A DNA stretch of 40,446 nt from an uncultured Oscillospiraceae bacterium. GTDB taxonomy: Bacteria; Bacillota; Clostridia; Oscillospirales; Ruminococcaceae. The notes beneath the pieces were generated by a model. It saw nothing but the letters and a program-made list of their open reading frames with translations. It did not search any database and had not been told where the DNA came from. The DNA lies in contig CAZWXJ010000002.1 in assembly GCA_964637735.1 (NCBI GenBank), positions 288 through 40,733 on the forward strand. Direction: 5' to 3'. Within the stretch, counting starts at the first letter, position 1. Each line of letters starts with the position of its first letter. Of the stretch, positions 19,601 to 29,293 are shown one piece after another. The position numbers and the translations under genes are program-made.

Positions 19601-20924
19601 TAGAAAACGTTTCTACAATTTCACCATTTGAAACAAGAACAGCACCAATTTCTGTCATTGTATCTTCACGTGGCGAAAGCCCCGTAGTTTCAATGTCAAA
19701 CACAACAAATTCACTTTGAAGAGGCATGTCATCTTTCCCATACACAACGGGTATCATGTCATTTACAAAGTAAGCTTCTGTACCGTAAATAACTTTAAAA
19801 TCCGGGTCAGTCTTTCTAATATTATCAGTTACAAGCATGGCAGAAGGAAAAGCTTGTACAACACCATGGTCCGTAATGGCAACAGCTTTATGCCCCCATT
19901 CATATGCCATTTTCGCTGCATCAGCAGGGTCAATAAACGCATCCATTGACGACATTTTAGTATGTAAATGTAGTTCCACACGTTTTTCATCAGCAGTGTC
20001 TTTTCTCTTTTGTCGTACCACTTTCAAAACATCCGTCGGCATAATAACATAATCTTGTGCATATTTATCATACACATAATCCCCTTTTACAATTAGGGTG
20101 TCATTATTTTGTATTTTATCCCACACAGTATTGGTTTCACGGTTATCAGCCCAAGCCTTTATATTCACAGAACCAGAATAATCGGTAATAGAAATCGTGT
20201 AGTTTTTCTTATAGTTTCCTTTTACAACGTTTGAAAATACATCTCCCCAAATAACAACTTTACCGCTATCAGCACTTAATTCACTTAAAGCAGTTGTTTT
20301 ATTCGGTTTGAACCGTCCTCCATACAAAAGTTTTGGCGCAATATCTTCAAGTAACAATCCTTTTATTTTTATAACATCGCCTTTTACTTTTGCTTGGGTT
20401 TCTTTTTTCTTTTTAACTATTTTTACAGCAGTTTCTTCCTCAAGTTGTTGCTCAATTTCTTGTACAGAGTTCTTTAAAGAAAACGTTACAACAGGTAAAA
20501 CATTCGTAATTGATAAAATCTTTTTAGCTAATGCTTTGTCAAAATTTATTTCATCTAACAATTGTATTCCATTATTTAGTTTAATTGAAATATTTTCATT
20601 TTCAATTCTTACATCTGCATCAAAAAAGAAACCATTGATAGGGTATTCATTTCCACGTAAACTTTCGGCAAAAGCAATTACAGCATCCCCTGTTAAAGCA
20701 GTAAACGGAAAATGCAATTCAATGTTTAACTCTAAATTGTCAAAATCTTTTTCAGCCGCTTTTTTGCACTGCAATAGCACTGCTTCATCAAGCGGTACAT
20801 TTCCGTTTAACACAAGCAGTGCTTCTTTTTTAGCTTTATTCACTTTCACTTTCTCAACAGTTACGTCAGAAAGTTCCGCAATAGTACTTAAGTCTGCCCA
20901 CAATTCAACAATCTTCTTTTTCAT
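16641..20924 (-). CDS. polC: DNA polymerase III alpha subunit, PolC type
   Basis: 1427 aa. The PHP region (VELHLHTKMSSMD) has an inserted 3'-5' exonuclease (VVFDIETTGLS ... HNAHGFDMRF ... HRAMEDA). Zinc-finger cysteines (CPQC...CPHC) and the polymerase core are present. Confidence 0.97.
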   Translation of the reverse strand: MKKKIVELWADLSTIAELSDVTVEKVKVNKAKKEALLVLNGNVPLDEAVLLQCKKAAEKDFDNLELNIELHFPFTALTGDAVIAFAESLRGNEYPINGFFFDADVRIENENISIKLNNGIQLLDEINFDKALAKKILSITNVLPVVTFSLKNSVQEIEQQLEEETAVKIVKKKKETQAKVKGDVIKIKGLLLEDIAPKLLYGGRFKPNKTTALSELSADSGKVVIWGDVFSNVVKGNYKKNYTISITDYSGSVNIKAWADNRETNTVWDKIQNNDTLIVKGDYVYDKYAQDYVIMPTDVLKVVRQKRKDTADEKRVELHLHTKMSSMDAFIDPADAAKMAYEWGHKAVAITDHGVVQAFPSAMLVTDNIRKTDPDFKVIYGTEAYFVNDMIPVVYGKDDMPLQSEFVVFDIETTGLSPREDTMTEIGAVLVSNGEIVETFSTFVKPDTEISAKITELTGITNEMVEDAPSQAEAIKQFLEFANGRTLVAHNAHGFDMRFIKIAAENANLPCENTYIDTLPLAQTILRGLKNYRLDTIVKHLDVGTFDHHRAMEDANVLAKAFIKLIDELEARNIKTTQEINTGIGENTAKSKRSFHMILLATNQTGIKNLYKLISASHIDHFYKTPRIPKSLLNKHREGLLVGSACEAGELFRAMVDGANFDELCKIAEYYDYLEIQPVGNNAFLMREGFAKDIKELQEYNKTILKIADALGKLCVATGDVHFMNPEDSIYRSVLMAGQGFKDADEQPPLYFRTTDDMLEEFAYLGEERAFEVVVTNPNKIAALVDVDTRAIPKGTFAPTIDEADEMLRKDTLQNAETKYGSPLPTIVQNRLDRELDSIIKHGFASLYVIAQKLVKHSEKNGYLVGSRGSVGSSAVAHFAGISEVNSLPPHYVCPQCQWSEFYEDGEVEDGFDLPDRECPHCHTKLEVDGHDIPFETFLGFDGDKEPDIDLNFSGDFQAESHRYTEELFGKEYVFKAGTISGLQDKTAYGYVRKYLEERGKIINKAEEQRLVLGCTGVKRTTGQHPGGMVVVPNDKEIYDFCPIQHPADDKDKGVLTTHFEFKYLHDTLLKLDELGHDVPTMYKYLEDMTGIKMDEVPMNDPDVISLLTSTKALGITPEDIQSETGTFGIPELGTNFVRQMLIEAQPKNFSDLIHISGLSHGTDVWTGNAQELIRDGTCTISNVISTRDGIMTYLMRQGVPAKDAFDIMELTRKGKIAEKGFPDGKEELLRQHNVPAWYLESCRKIKYMFPKAHAVAYLIAAVRCMWFKLYHPLAFYATYFTVRGDDIDYDAAMGGKKVAQQKLKEMAMKLKEEHTAKDEDVYASLQILCELLSRGFAFLPIDLQKSKAKKYVIEDGKIRLPFNSLKGIGENAASSLEQACGEQSEFLSQDELQQKAGVSSAVMESLRNAGVFGDLPASAQISLFGF

Positions 20925-20933
20925 TCTTCCTCA

Positions 20934-21980
20934 CTACAATTTCTTTATTTCTTCAATAAATTCATCTGCATAATTTCCAGTTAACGTTTTTACTTTTTCC
21001 CCTTTTATAAATAGAACGGCGCTTTCCGTACCAACACCCGCAATACCTATATCAGCTTCACGTGCCTCGCCAGGGCCATTCACGGCACAGCCCATAACCG
21101 CTACTTTTATGTTTTTATCATATCCTTGTAATTTTTCATTTACATAAAAAGCAAGCTCTTCAACCGCTATGGTTGTTCTTCCACAAGTTGGGCAAGAAAT
21201 CACTTCAGGTCCATTCACGTTATACCCTGCAGCTCGCAAAATATCATAAGCGGCAGATATTTCCTTTATAGGGTCAGCTGTTAAGGAAACCCGTATTGTA
21301 TCTCCTATTCCTTGTAATAGCAGAGAACCTATGCCCATGGCAGACTTTACGAGTCCTATTTGATAAATACCAGCTTCTGTAACGCCTAAATGTAACGGGT
21401 AGTCACACATGGTAACAATTTTTTGGTATGCTGAAACCATTGTCGGCACATCAGAAGATTTAATAGAAATAATCGTATTATAAAAATTATTTTCTTCTAA
21501 AAGTTTTACATGGTGTATTGCACTTTCACAAAGGGCATCTGCTGTTGGTGAGCCATATTTCTTTAAAATATCTTTTTCCAATGAGCCTGCGTTTACGCCA
21601 ATTCGAATAGGAATATTTTTTTCATTGCAAATATTTGCTACTTCTGCAACACGTTCAGCACTACCAATATTACCAGGGTTAATGCGTATTTTGTCAACCC
21701 CTGCGTTTGCGCAAGCAATTGCAATACGGTAATCAAAATGAATGTCTGCAACAACAGGCATGGAAACAGCCTTTTTCAATTCAGAGATCAAAACGACATC
21801 TTCCAGTGAAGGTATAGCCACACGAATAATTTGGCAACCTGCTTGCTCAAGTTTAATAGCTTGCTGTACATTACCCTTCACATCTTTCGCAGATGCATTT
21901 AACATGCTCTGCACAGAAATAGGCGCACTTCCGCCTATCGTAATATTCCCAACTTGTACAGGCTTTCTATCTAAACGCAT
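20934..21980 (-). CDS. ispG: (E)-4-hydroxy-3-methylbut-2-enyl-diphosphate synthase (MEP pathway)
   Basis: About 348 aa. The N-terminal block is VGNITIGGSAPISVQSM. The C-terminal Fe-S cysteines are CPTCGRT ... GCAVNGPGEA. The ATG at 21980 has better SD spacing than the one at 21986, which abuts AGGAG. Confidence 0.93.
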   Translation of the reverse strand: MRLDRKPVQVGNITIGGSAPISVQSMLNASAKDVKGNVQQAIKLEQAGCQIIRVAIPSLEDVVLISELKKAVSMPVVADIHFDYRIAIACANAGVDKIRINPGNIGSAERVAEVANICNEKNIPIRIGVNAGSLEKDILKKYGSPTADALCESAIHHVKLLEENNFYNTIISIKSSDVPTMVSAYQKIVTMCDYPLHLGVTEAGIYQIGLVKSAMGIGSLLLQGIGDTIRVSLTADPIKEISAAYDILRAAGYNVNGPEVISCPTCGRTTIAVEELAFYVNEKLQGYDKNIKVAVMGCAVNGPGEAREADIGIAGVGTESAVLFIKGEKVKTLTGNYADEFIEEIKKL

Positions 21981-21995
21981 AAGCATCTCCTAAAT

Positions 21996-23063
21996 TTAAC
22001 CGAAAAACAATCTCGTTACATCATTGAAGGTAACAAATACCATTAACAACATTAACGCAAGAAAACCAGCAGTATTTACCCAAATTTCATATTTGGGGTT
22101 TAACGGTTTTCTGCGAATACCTTCTATAGCTAAAAACACCAGTTTTCCACCGTCTAAAGCTGGTAAAGGCATAATATTGAATACACCTAAATTGATGCTA
22201 ATTAAGGCCAAAATAAGCAGTATGGGTTGCAACCCCGCTGACGTTGCTTCCCCTATTACTGAAACAATGCCAATTGGGCCCGAAAGTGAATTCATAGGTA
22301 CATTTCCAGTTATCAGGTCAACCAAGCTTAAAAACACTAGCCGAGACAAAGATAACGTCCAGTTCCATCCTTCTTTTAACACGGCTTGAAATGTTTTTTC
22401 CTCAGGCAAAACAGTAAAATCAATAATCAGTCGTTCTGTCCCGTCTTCCATTGTTGCTGTTTCGAAAACAACACTTGGTAACTCTATTTTTTCTCCATTA
22501 CGCATAACGGTAAATGCAGCAGTGCCATTTTGTGTGCGTGCAAATTCATAAATAATATCATCGGCAATAAAGCATCTTCTACCATTTACTGCAATAATTT
22601 CATCGCCAACCATCAAACCGCTTGCCTGTGTTGAAGCATTGTCATAAAAGCTGCTAACCGTTTTACTGGTAATATATTCTTCTTGTGAGACTAAAAATAG
22701 CAATACAGAAAAACCAAGCAGTAAATTCATAAATGCACCTGCAGAAATGACAATCATTCTTTTCCAAACTGGTGCATTTTGGTAGCTTCGCTTATTGTCT
22801 TTAGGTGCAACTTCTTTGGTTTCATCTCCATCGGGGTCTTCATCTTCCCCTTCCATGCTAACAAACCCGCCAATTGGCAAAAGGCGTAAAGAATACTGTG
22901 TTTCACCTTTGCCCCACTTTAAAATTTGTGGTCCCATGCCAATAGAAAATTCATTGACTTGAATACCACTCCATTTTGCAGTTAAAAAATGCCCAAGTTC
23001 ATGTACAAAAATAATCAGCCCAAACACAAAAATAGAAACAATAGCTGTTAAAACAATATTCAT
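21996..23063 (-). CDS. rseP: RIP site-2 metalloprotease RseP/RasP
   Basis: 355 aa. HELGHF (HExxH) sits in the first TM helix. There is a single PDZ-like insert and the C-terminal membrane motif NLGVFNIMPLPALDGG. Confidence 0.9.
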   Translation of the reverse strand: MNIVLTAIVSIFVFGLIIFVHELGHFLTAKWSGIQVNEFSIGMGPQILKWGKGETQYSLRLLPIGGFVSMEGEDEDPDGDETKEVAPKDNKRSYQNAPVWKRMIVISAGAFMNLLLGFSVLLFLVSQEEYITSKTVSSFYDNASTQASGLMVGDEIIAVNGRRCFIADDIIYEFARTQNGTAAFTVMRNGEKIELPSVVFETATMEDGTERLIIDFTVLPEEKTFQAVLKEGWNWTLSLSRLVFLSLVDLITGNVPMNSLSGPIGIVSVIGEATSAGLQPILLILALISINLGVFNIMPLPALDGGKLVFLAIEGIRRKPLNPKYEIWVNTAGFLALMLLMVFVTFNDVTRLFFG

Positions 23064-23066
23064 TCC

Positions 23067-24236
23067 TTAAAATTCTCCTATCACGCTATTAGTGTATACA
23101 TATTCGCGTGCTATTTTATCTATTTCAAAAACATTCTCTAAATTATATGGTACATCATCAAGTTGTAAAAAATCAACTGCACCCATCACAAGCTCACCAA
23201 TTTGCAAGAAAGGTATTTTATCTTCTAAAAACAAAGCAACAGCAGCTTCATTGGCACCATTAGCCGCACAAGGGTATAACCCACCTTTGTTTATCGCTTT
23301 CTTGCAAGCTTTTAAACATAAAAACGTTGCATCATCTGCGCCAGCAAATGTTAAATTGCTTATTTGTGTAAAGTCAACTTCTGCAGCGTTGCTTTCAAAT
23401 CTGCTTGGCCATGTCAATGCATATTGAATCGGAATATGCATATCTGGTGTGCCAAGTTGTGCTAAAATCGCATTGTCATCAAATTCCACCATGGAATGTA
23501 TGATGCTTTGTCGATGCACCAATATCTCTATTTGTTCAGGTTTTACATCAAACAGCCACATAGCTTCAATAAATTCAAGCCCTTTGTTCATCATGGTGGC
23601 AGAATCTATGGTTATTTTTGCGCCCATTTCCCAATTCGGGTGTTTCAATGCATCTTCTTTTGTAACGGTTACTAATTGTTCTTTTGTATAGCCGAAAAAA
23701 GGTCCGCCAGATGCAGTTAAATATATCTTTTTAAGTGTTTTCGCAGAATAAGTGTCTTGTAAACATTGAAAAATTGCTGAATGCTCACTATCAACAGGTA
23801 GCAATTTTACATTATACTGTTGCACTGCATCCATAACCAATCTACCGCCCGTTACAAGGCTTTCTTTATTAGCAAGCGCAACGTCTTTTCCAGTTTGAAT
23901 AGCTGCTAAAGTAGCTTTTAACCCTGCAATGCCAACAATTGCATTTAATACAATTGTTGCACCCTGCATAGAAGCGAGTGTTTCTGCGGCATTTTCGCCT
24001 ATTAAAAGTTTAGGCATATTGTTTTTATTTTTCCATTTTTCTAACAATTTAGCTCCAGACGCTTCATCAGTAACCGCAACAACTTGCGGCATAAACATCT
24101 CTACCTGTTTTTCAAGCAAATCAATGTTTTTATGGGCAGATAGCCCAAAAACTTTATAATTTTGTTTTTGCACAACGTCTAAACTTTGCGTACCAATAGA
24201 GCCAGTTGAACCTAAAATTGTTATTATTTTTTGCAA
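23067..24236 (-). CDS. dxr: 1-deoxy-D-xylulose 5-phosphate reductoisomerase
   Basis: 389 aa with NADPH motif ILGSTGSIGTQSLDV and the LANKESLV, PVDSEHSAIFQC and HPNWEMG blocks. Confidence 0.95.
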   Translation of the reverse strand: MQKIITILGSTGSIGTQSLDVVQKQNYKVFGLSAHKNIDLLEKQVEMFMPQVVAVTDEASGAKLLEKWKNKNNMPKLLIGENAAETLASMQGATIVLNAIVGIAGLKATLAAIQTGKDVALANKESLVTGGRLVMDAVQQYNVKLLPVDSEHSAIFQCLQDTYSAKTLKKIYLTASGGPFFGYTKEQLVTVTKEDALKHPNWEMGAKITIDSATMMNKGLEFIEAMWLFDVKPEQIEILVHRQSIIHSMVEFDDNAILAQLGTPDMHIPIQYALTWPSRFESNAAEVDFTQISNLTFAGADDATFLCLKACKKAINKGGLYPCAANGANEAAVALFLEDKIPFLQIGELVMGAVDFLQLDDVPYNLENVFEIDKIAREYVYTNSVIGEF

Positions 24237-24270
24237 AGCAATACCTCTTTACTCTTGGTCGTGAAAATTA

Positions 24271-25137
24271 TTAACCGATAATTGGTGTAAAGTTAATGTA
24301 CATTACAACAACAGGTGCTAGTATAATTACACTGTCAAATCTATCTAATATGCCACCATGCCCTGGTAAAATATATCCATAATCTTTTACGTCGTTTTGG
24401 CGCTTAATAGCAGAGGCAAACAAGTCACCTATCATACTAATTAATGCACCAATGGCAGACAGTATAGCAACGGCAATATAGTTGTTAAACGTAATAATTG
24501 TATCAAAATTCAACAAAAGATTTGCCGATATAACATTATACAAATACAACGATAATACACCAATCATAATGCCACCGAAGAAACCTGCAATTGCCCCTTC
24601 AATAGACTTTTTGGGGCTAAGTTCAGGTGCTAACTTATGTTTACCGAATGTAACACCTATAAAATAAGCAAATATATCTGCACCCCAGGCAATGGCTAAA
24701 ATTAGTAATAAATAAAAAATGCCATCATAGCCATAAGTATCTAACGGGTAATTTGTATTAAGCTGTGAAACACTGTAAAAACCAAATAAAACATATATTC
24801 CAAATAATATAATGGCAGCAAGTTTATCAAATGAAAGCTTTTTAAAGAAAAATACTTGTAAACCTGTATAATATAAAACTTCAAAAACCAATATAATATC
24901 AAAAAAAATGGTATACCCAAGTGGTGCTAAAACAAAAGCATAAACCAATGCAGGTATTGCCCCAATATAAATAAACGTCGATACTTGTTTTTCTTGTTTA
25001 AACGCATTTAAAATTTCATAATATGCTATACCAGTTACAACCATACAAATTAAATTAAAAAGAATGGTGTGAAAAAAAAGTAAAACAATTGCAAGAAAAC
25101 TGATTGCAATTACCCCTGTTGTAATTCGTGTTCTCAA
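24271..25137 (-). CDS. cdsA: Phosphatidate cytidylyltransferase
   Basis: Polytopic membrane protein with the C-terminal CDS signature SAIKRQNDVKDYGYILPGHGGILDRFDS. I place the start at TTG 25137, 5 nt after AGGAGA. The ORF-track start at 25233 would overlap uppS by 53 nt. Confidence 0.88.
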   Translation of the reverse strand: MRTRITTGVIAISFLAIVLLFFHTILFNLICMVVTGIAYYEILNAFKQEKQVSTFIYIGAIPALVYAFVLAPLGYTIFFDIILVFEVLYYTGLQVFFFKKLSFDKLAAIILFGIYVLFGFYSVSQLNTNYPLDTYGYDGIFYLLLILAIAWGADIFAYFIGVTFGKHKLAPELSPKKSIEGAIAGFFGGIMIGVLSLYLYNVISANLLLNFDTIITFNNYIAVAILSAIGALISMIGDLFASAIKRQNDVKDYGYILPGHGGILDRFDSVIILAPVVVMYINFTPIIG

Positions 25138-25180
25138 AAGAATTCTCCTATCATATAACAATTGCAAGCATATTTTGCTT

Positions 25181-25903
25181 TTATACACCACCAAAGCGGC
25201 GAGATCTTCCTGCGTATTCAAGAAGTGCTTCATCTAAATCACTTCGTGTAAAATCAGGCCATAAAACATCCATATAAATAAACTCTGCATATGCAGCTTG
25301 CCATAACAGAAAGTTAGACAACCTTTTTTCTCCGCTTGGGCGAAGCACAATGTCAGGGTCTTTCTGCCCTGCTGTATATAAATGTTCAGAAAACAAATCT
25401 TCTGTAATATCTTCCAGTTGTAGTTCATTGTTTTTTATGGCATTAGCTATTTCTTTAGTAGCATGTAATATTTCGGTTCTACCACCATAATTAATTGCAA
25501 TATTCAAAATCATTCCTGTACGGTCTTTCGTTTTTTCTTCCAGTTCGTTCATCATTTTTTGTGTTTCAGCATCAAAAGGTGTTTTGTCACCTAAAATACA
25601 AATACGATTATCTTCTTTCTCATAGTCATATGCTTTATGTAAATATTCTTTTAACAAGGCCATTATTCGTTTTACTTCTGCTTCAGGGCGGCTCCAGTTC
25701 TCAGTTGAAAAAGCATAAAAAGTAAGGGCGTAAAGCCCAAGTTCTTTCCCATATCTGGTAATTTCTTGAAACACTTTAGCCCCTTGAACATGCCCTGCAG
25801 TACGTGGCTTCCCTTGCTTTTGCGCCCATCTGCCGTTTCCGTCCATAATAATTGCTATATGCAGCCCGTTTGCAATTTCTTTTATTTCTTCTATACTACT
25901 CAA
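25181..25903 (-). CDS. uppS: Isoprenyl transferase (undecaprenyl-diphosphate synthase)
   Basis: 240 aa with the HIAIIMDGNGRWA, FSTENWSRP and RLSNFLLWQAAYAE blocks. Confidence 0.95.
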   Translation of the reverse strand: MSSIEEIKEIANGLHIAIIMDGNGRWAQKQGKPRTAGHVQGAKVFQEITRYGKELGLYALTFYAFSTENWSRPEAEVKRIMALLKEYLHKAYDYEKEDNRICILGDKTPFDAETQKMMNELEEKTKDRTGMILNIAINYGGRTEILHATKEIANAIKNNELQLEDITEDLFSEHLYTAGQKDPDIVLRPSGEKRLSNFLLWQAAYAEFIYMDVLWPDFTRSDLDEALLEYAGRSRRFGGV

Positions 25904-25905
25904 AA

Positions 25906-26460
25906 TTACAGCTCCATAATTTCTTTGTTTTTCACTTCTGCAACTTTGTCACATTCTTTTACATATTTATCAGTTAGTTTTTGCACGTCATTTTCAAGAG
26001 ATTTCAAATCATCCTCTGTTAATTCGCCATTTTTCTTTTGTGTTTTCAATTTATCAATAGCATCTCTTCGAACATTACGAATAGAAACCTTTGCATCCTC
26101 ACTCAGCTTTGTTACTTCCTTACTTAATTCTTTACGCCTTTCTTCATTAGGCGCAGGAAATACTAGTCGAATAACTCTACCGTCATTTGTAGGGTTAATG
26201 CCAAGGTCAGATGTATGTATCGCTTTTTCAATGAGCCCTATCAATGTTGGGTCCCATGGTTGTATGCTTAACACACGTGCTTCTGCAACTGAAACAGCGG
26301 CAACCTGGTTTATAGGAGTCGGTGTGTCATAATAATCAACCATTACCTTGTCTAAAATAGCAGGGTTTGCTCTTCCTGCACGAATAGAAGTAAGTTCTTT
26401 GCCCAAATAGTCTACAGCACCAGACATTCTGTCTTCAAAAGCTTTTAATTCACCACTCAT
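25906..26460 (-). CDS. frr: Ribosome recycling factor
   Basis: 184 aa with LTSIRAGRANPAILD and the C-terminal helical LTEDD...QKLTDKY region. The position after pyrH is conserved. Confidence 0.95.
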   Translation of the reverse strand: MSGELKAFEDRMSGAVDYLGKELTSIRAGRANPAILDKVMVDYYDTPTPINQVAAVSVAEARVLSIQPWDPTLIGLIEKAIHTSDLGINPTNDGRVIRLVFPAPNEERRKELSKEVTKLSEDAKVSIRNVRRDAIDKLKTQKKNGELTEDDLKSLENDVQKLTDKYVKECDKVAEVKNKEIMEL

Positions 26461-26494
26461 AATAATACTCCTTCTATGTTTATGTAATTGAAAA

Positions 26495-27202
26495 TCATTC
26501 TGAAATCAATGTACCGACATTTTCACCTTGAATAGCACGTACTAAGTTGTTTTCATCCATAATGTCAAACACAAGTATGGGCATATTGTTATCTCTGCAT
26601 AAAGAGGCAGCAGTTGAATCCATCACTTGTAATTGGTCGTTCAAAACAGTGGTAAATGAAACATGGTCATATTTTTTTGCATCTGCAAATTTTTTCGGGT
26701 CTTTGTCATACACACCATCAACCATGGTTGCTTTGAAAACAATTTCAGCATTCATTTCAACAGCACGCAATGCCGAGGCAGTATCAGTAGAAAAGAACGG
26801 GTTTCCTGTGCCACAAGCAAATATAACCACTCTTCCCTTTTCCATATGGCGTATTGCTTTATTGCGAATATAAGGCTCAGCAACTTGCGTCATCGTCAAT
26901 GCTGTTTGTACACGAACAGGCACATCCATTTGTTCTAGTGCATCTGCCATAGCCAAAGCATTCATAACAGTTGCAAGCATACCAATATGGTCAGCTCTTG
27001 TGCGTTCCATCGCTTCGTTTGAACGCCCGCGCCAAAAGTTTCCGCCACCAACAACAATACCAATTTCTGTTCCAAGTTCTGTGGCAGCTTTAATATTGTC
27101 ACAAATTATTTGAACCGTTGGGTAATCAAGCCCAAATTTACCAGGACCTGCAAGTGCTTCACCAGAAATTTTTAGCAAAATACGTTTATACTTTGTTTGC
27201 AT
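26495..27202 (-). CDS. pyrH: UMP kinase
   Basis: 235 aa with the [22 protein letters not shown] and [12 protein letters not shown] blocks. Confidence 0.95.
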   Translation of the reverse strand: MQTKYKRILLKISGEALAGPGKFGLDYPTVQIICDNIKAATELGTEIGIVVGGGNFWRGRSNEAMERTRADHIGMLATVMNALAMADALEQMDVPVRVQTALTMTQVAEPYIRNKAIRHMEKGRVVIFACGTGNPFFSTDTASALRAVEMNAEIVFKATMVDGVYDKDPKKFADAKKYDHVSFTTVLNDQLQVMDSTAASLCRDNNMPILVFDIMDENNLVRAIQGENVGTLISE

Positions 27203-27238
27203 AAAGAGCCTCTCTACTTCATTATTTTCTTCTTATAT

Positions 27239-27267
27239 ATTTTACAATATATATATGCAGTTGTAAA
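27239..27267 (-). promoter_or_regulatory. Putative sigma-A promoter of the pyrH-frr-uppS-cdsA-dxr-rseP-ispG-polC unit
   Basis: The minus strand reads TTTACA, a 17-nt spacer, then TAAAAT. It lies between the tsf terminator and the pyrH ATG. Confidence 0.45.
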
Positions 27268-27312
27268 GGTAAACGCACCGTGAAAACTCTATGAAATCTT
27301 TTAGCTACAAAC

Positions 27313-27346
27313 AAAAAAAGAGACTGCAAATACAGTCTCTTTTTAT
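27313..27346 (-). terminator. Intrinsic terminator after tsf
   Basis: The minus strand reads aaaaagagactg-tatttg-cagtctctttttttg, with an 8-bp GC-containing stem and a T-run. It starts 15 nt after the tsf stop. Confidence 0.7.
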
Positions 27347-27360
27347 TAAGAACAATTAAA

Positions 27361-28269
27361 TTATTGAACCATTTTAGCTACTTCTGCAGCAAAATCGTCT
27401 TCTTTTTTCTCAATACCTTCGCCTTTTTCAAAGCGAGAGAAAGCGACAACTTGAATGTCTCCGCCAAGTTCTTTCCCAGTTTTCACAACATATTCACCAA
27501 CGGTTATGCTGTCATCTTTCACAAAAGGTTGTTCAAGCAAACATACTTCTTTAAAGTATTTAGCAACTCTGCCAGTAACCATCTTTTTCGCAATTTCTTC
27601 TGGTTTGCCTTCATTCATAGCTTGTGTTGTTAAAATTTTCTTTTCTTCTTCAACAACATTTTCAGGTACATCCTCTTTGTTAACATAAAGTGGGTTAACA
27701 GCAGCTATTTGCATAGCAACATCTTTTCCAAAAGCTTCAAAAGCAGGGTTGTTAGCTACAGTGTCGGTTGTTTCAAATTGAACAAGTACACCGTGTGTGC
27801 CACCGCCATGAATATACGCAACACATGGTCCTTCATAGCGCACAAAACGGCGAATTTTTAGGTTTTCACCAATAACCGAAACATTCTCAGTCAAAACGTC
27901 TCCAACTGTTTTTCCATCCATAGGTAATGTTAACAAAGCATCAACATCTGCTGGGTTTTCATTTAAAACAGTTTCTGCAATATTTTTAACAAAACCTTGA
28001 AAAGTTTCATTTTTTGCAACAAAGTCGGTTTCAGAGTTTACTTCAACCATTGCACCAGCTTTTTTAGTTAAATCAGCAACTGCATAAACCAAACCTTCAG
28101 AGGCAATGCGTCCAGCTTTTTTTTGTGTAGCTGCAAGGCCCATTTCACGTAAAATTTCAACAGCCTTATCAAAATCTCCGTTTGCTTCAGTTAGTGCTTT
28201 TTTGCAATCCATCATACCGCTGCCAGTTTGTTCACGCAAATTTTTTACATCTTGTGCGGTAAAACTCAT
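27361..28269 (-). CDS. tsf: Translation elongation factor Ts
   Basis: The UBA-like N-terminus is VKNLREQTGSGMMDCKKAL. I chose the ATG at 28269 (MSFTAQDV) because the ATG at 28275 directly abuts AGGAGA. Confidence 0.95.
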   Translation of the reverse strand: MSFTAQDVKNLREQTGSGMMDCKKALTEANGDFDKAVEILREMGLAATQKKAGRIASEGLVYAVADLTKKAGAMVEVNSETDFVAKNETFQGFVKNIAETVLNENPADVDALLTLPMDGKTVGDVLTENVSVIGENLKIRRFVRYEGPCVAYIHGGGTHGVLVQFETTDTVANNPAFEAFGKDVAMQIAAVNPLYVNKEDVPENVVEEEKKILTTQAMNEGKPEEIAKKMVTGRVAKYFKEVCLLEQPFVKDDSITVGEYVVKTGKELGGDIQVVAFSRFEKGEGIEKKEDDFAAEVAKMVQ

Positions 28270-28313
28270 TTTCATTCTCCTTTAATACCAAATTTCATTT
28301 ATATAATTCTTTA

Positions 28314-29069
28314 TTAAGCTTCTGCTACGGCTGCTTCAACATTTGCTTCTTCAGCTACAGATGCAGCTTCTGCTTCGTCAAATTGTTCGCCTTGTTTCGC
28401 TTCTAAAACAGCGTCAGCCATAGCACCAGCAATTAATTTAACAGCACGAATTGCATCGTCATTCCCAGGAATAACATAATCAATTTCATCTGGGTCACAG
28501 TTTGTGTCAACAATTGCAACAATAGGTATTCCCAGTCTGTGTGCTTCTGCTACTGCAATATGTTCCTTACGTGGGTCAACAATAAACAACGCTGCAGGCA
28601 GTTTGTTCATGTCTTTTACGCCACCAAGGTATTTTTCAAGTTTTTCAATTTCAAGCTCAAGCTTGCTAACTTCTTTTTTAGGAAGAAGGTCGAATGTACC
28701 GTCTTCACGCATGTTTTTCAGTTGTGCCAAACGGTCAACACGGCGGCGAATGGTTTGAAAGTTAGTCATCATACCACCAAGCCATCTTGCGTTTACAAAG
28801 TGCATACCACAGCGTTCAGCTTCTTCTTTAATTGACTCTTGTGCTTGCTTTTTGGTACCTACAAATAAAATTTCGCCACCGTCTAATACTGTGTCACGAA
28901 CGAATCCGTAAGCTTCATCAAGCTTTTTAACGGTTTTTTGCAAGTCAATAATGTAAATACCGTTACGTTCTGTGAAGATGTAACGTGCCATTTTAGGGTT
29001 CCATCTTCTTGTTTGGTGCCCAAAATGCACACCTGCTTCTAAAAGTTGTTTCATTGATACGACTGCCAT
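28314..29069 (-). CDS. rpsB: 30S ribosomal protein S2
   Basis: The true start is ATG 29069 ([27 protein letters not shown]), preceded by GGAGG. The 25-codon upstream extension in the ORF track has no S2 similarity. The C-terminal tail is acidic and Ala/Glu-rich. Confidence 0.95.
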   Translation of the reverse strand: MAVVSMKQLLEAGVHFGHQTRRWNPKMARYIFTERNGIYIIDLQKTVKKLDEAYGFVRDTVLDGGEILFVGTKKQAQESIKEEAERCGMHFVNARWLGGMMTNFQTIRRRVDRLAQLKNMREDGTFDLLPKKEVSKLELEIEKLEKYLGGVKDMNKLPAALFIVDPRKEHIAVAEAHRLGIPIVAIVDTNCDPDEIDYVIPGNDDAIRAVKLIAGAMADAVLEAKQGEQFDEAEAASVAEEANVEAAVAEA

Positions 29070-29109
29070 GTTTTGTCCTCCATTTTTGTTAATCCTCCAC
29101 CTTGCCGTA

Positions 29110-29120
29110 ATTATATACCA
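29110..29120 (-). promoter_or_regulatory. Possible extended -10 element of the rpsB-tsf promoter
   Basis: The minus strand reads TGGTATATAAT about 40 nt upstream of the rpsB ATG. I found no good -35. A 13-bp palindrome (cttgcaTtgcaag, 29121-29133) sits where the -35 would be. Confidence 0.3.
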
Positions 29121-29264
29121 CTTGCATTGCAAGCACCGATACATAAAAACAAGGTGTGTGTTTTGCCGTATTAGTTTACCACATTAAACCGCATGATGCA
29201 ACACTTTTCTTCATTCAATAATACGTAGATATTTCCTCATATTTTTTTGAAAATAAAATATTTA

Positions 29265-29293
29265 TTGACAAACAATATTATACGACGTATAAT
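29265..29293 (+). promoter_or_regulatory. Consensus sigma-A promoter of the padR operon
   Basis: TTGACA (29265-29270), an exact 17-nt spacer, then TATAAT (29288-29293). Both hexamers are perfect consensus. RBS GAGGTG and the ATG at 29317 follow. Confidence 0.75.

Noticed and set aside
25138-25233. Extended cdsA start overlapping uppS by 53 nt.
   Set aside because: An AGGAGA-spaced TTG at 25137 gives the normal CdsA length and N-terminus (RTRITTGVIA...). The upstream codons lie within the uppS coding sequence.
29075-29105. Two tandem Shine-Dalgarno-like elements and a possible 10-codon out-of-frame uORF ([10 protein letters not shown]) in the rpsB leader.
   Set aside because: It is very short and overlaps the true rpsB start region. 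I cannot recognise a conserved S2-autoregulatory structure by eye. The evidence is insufficient.
29070-29144. 25-codon N-terminal extension of rpsB in the ORF track ([25 protein letters not shown]).
   Set aside because: The canonical S2 N-terminus [19 protein letters not shown] starts at 29069 with GGAGG correctly spaced. The extension would run through the RBS and the probable -10 element.
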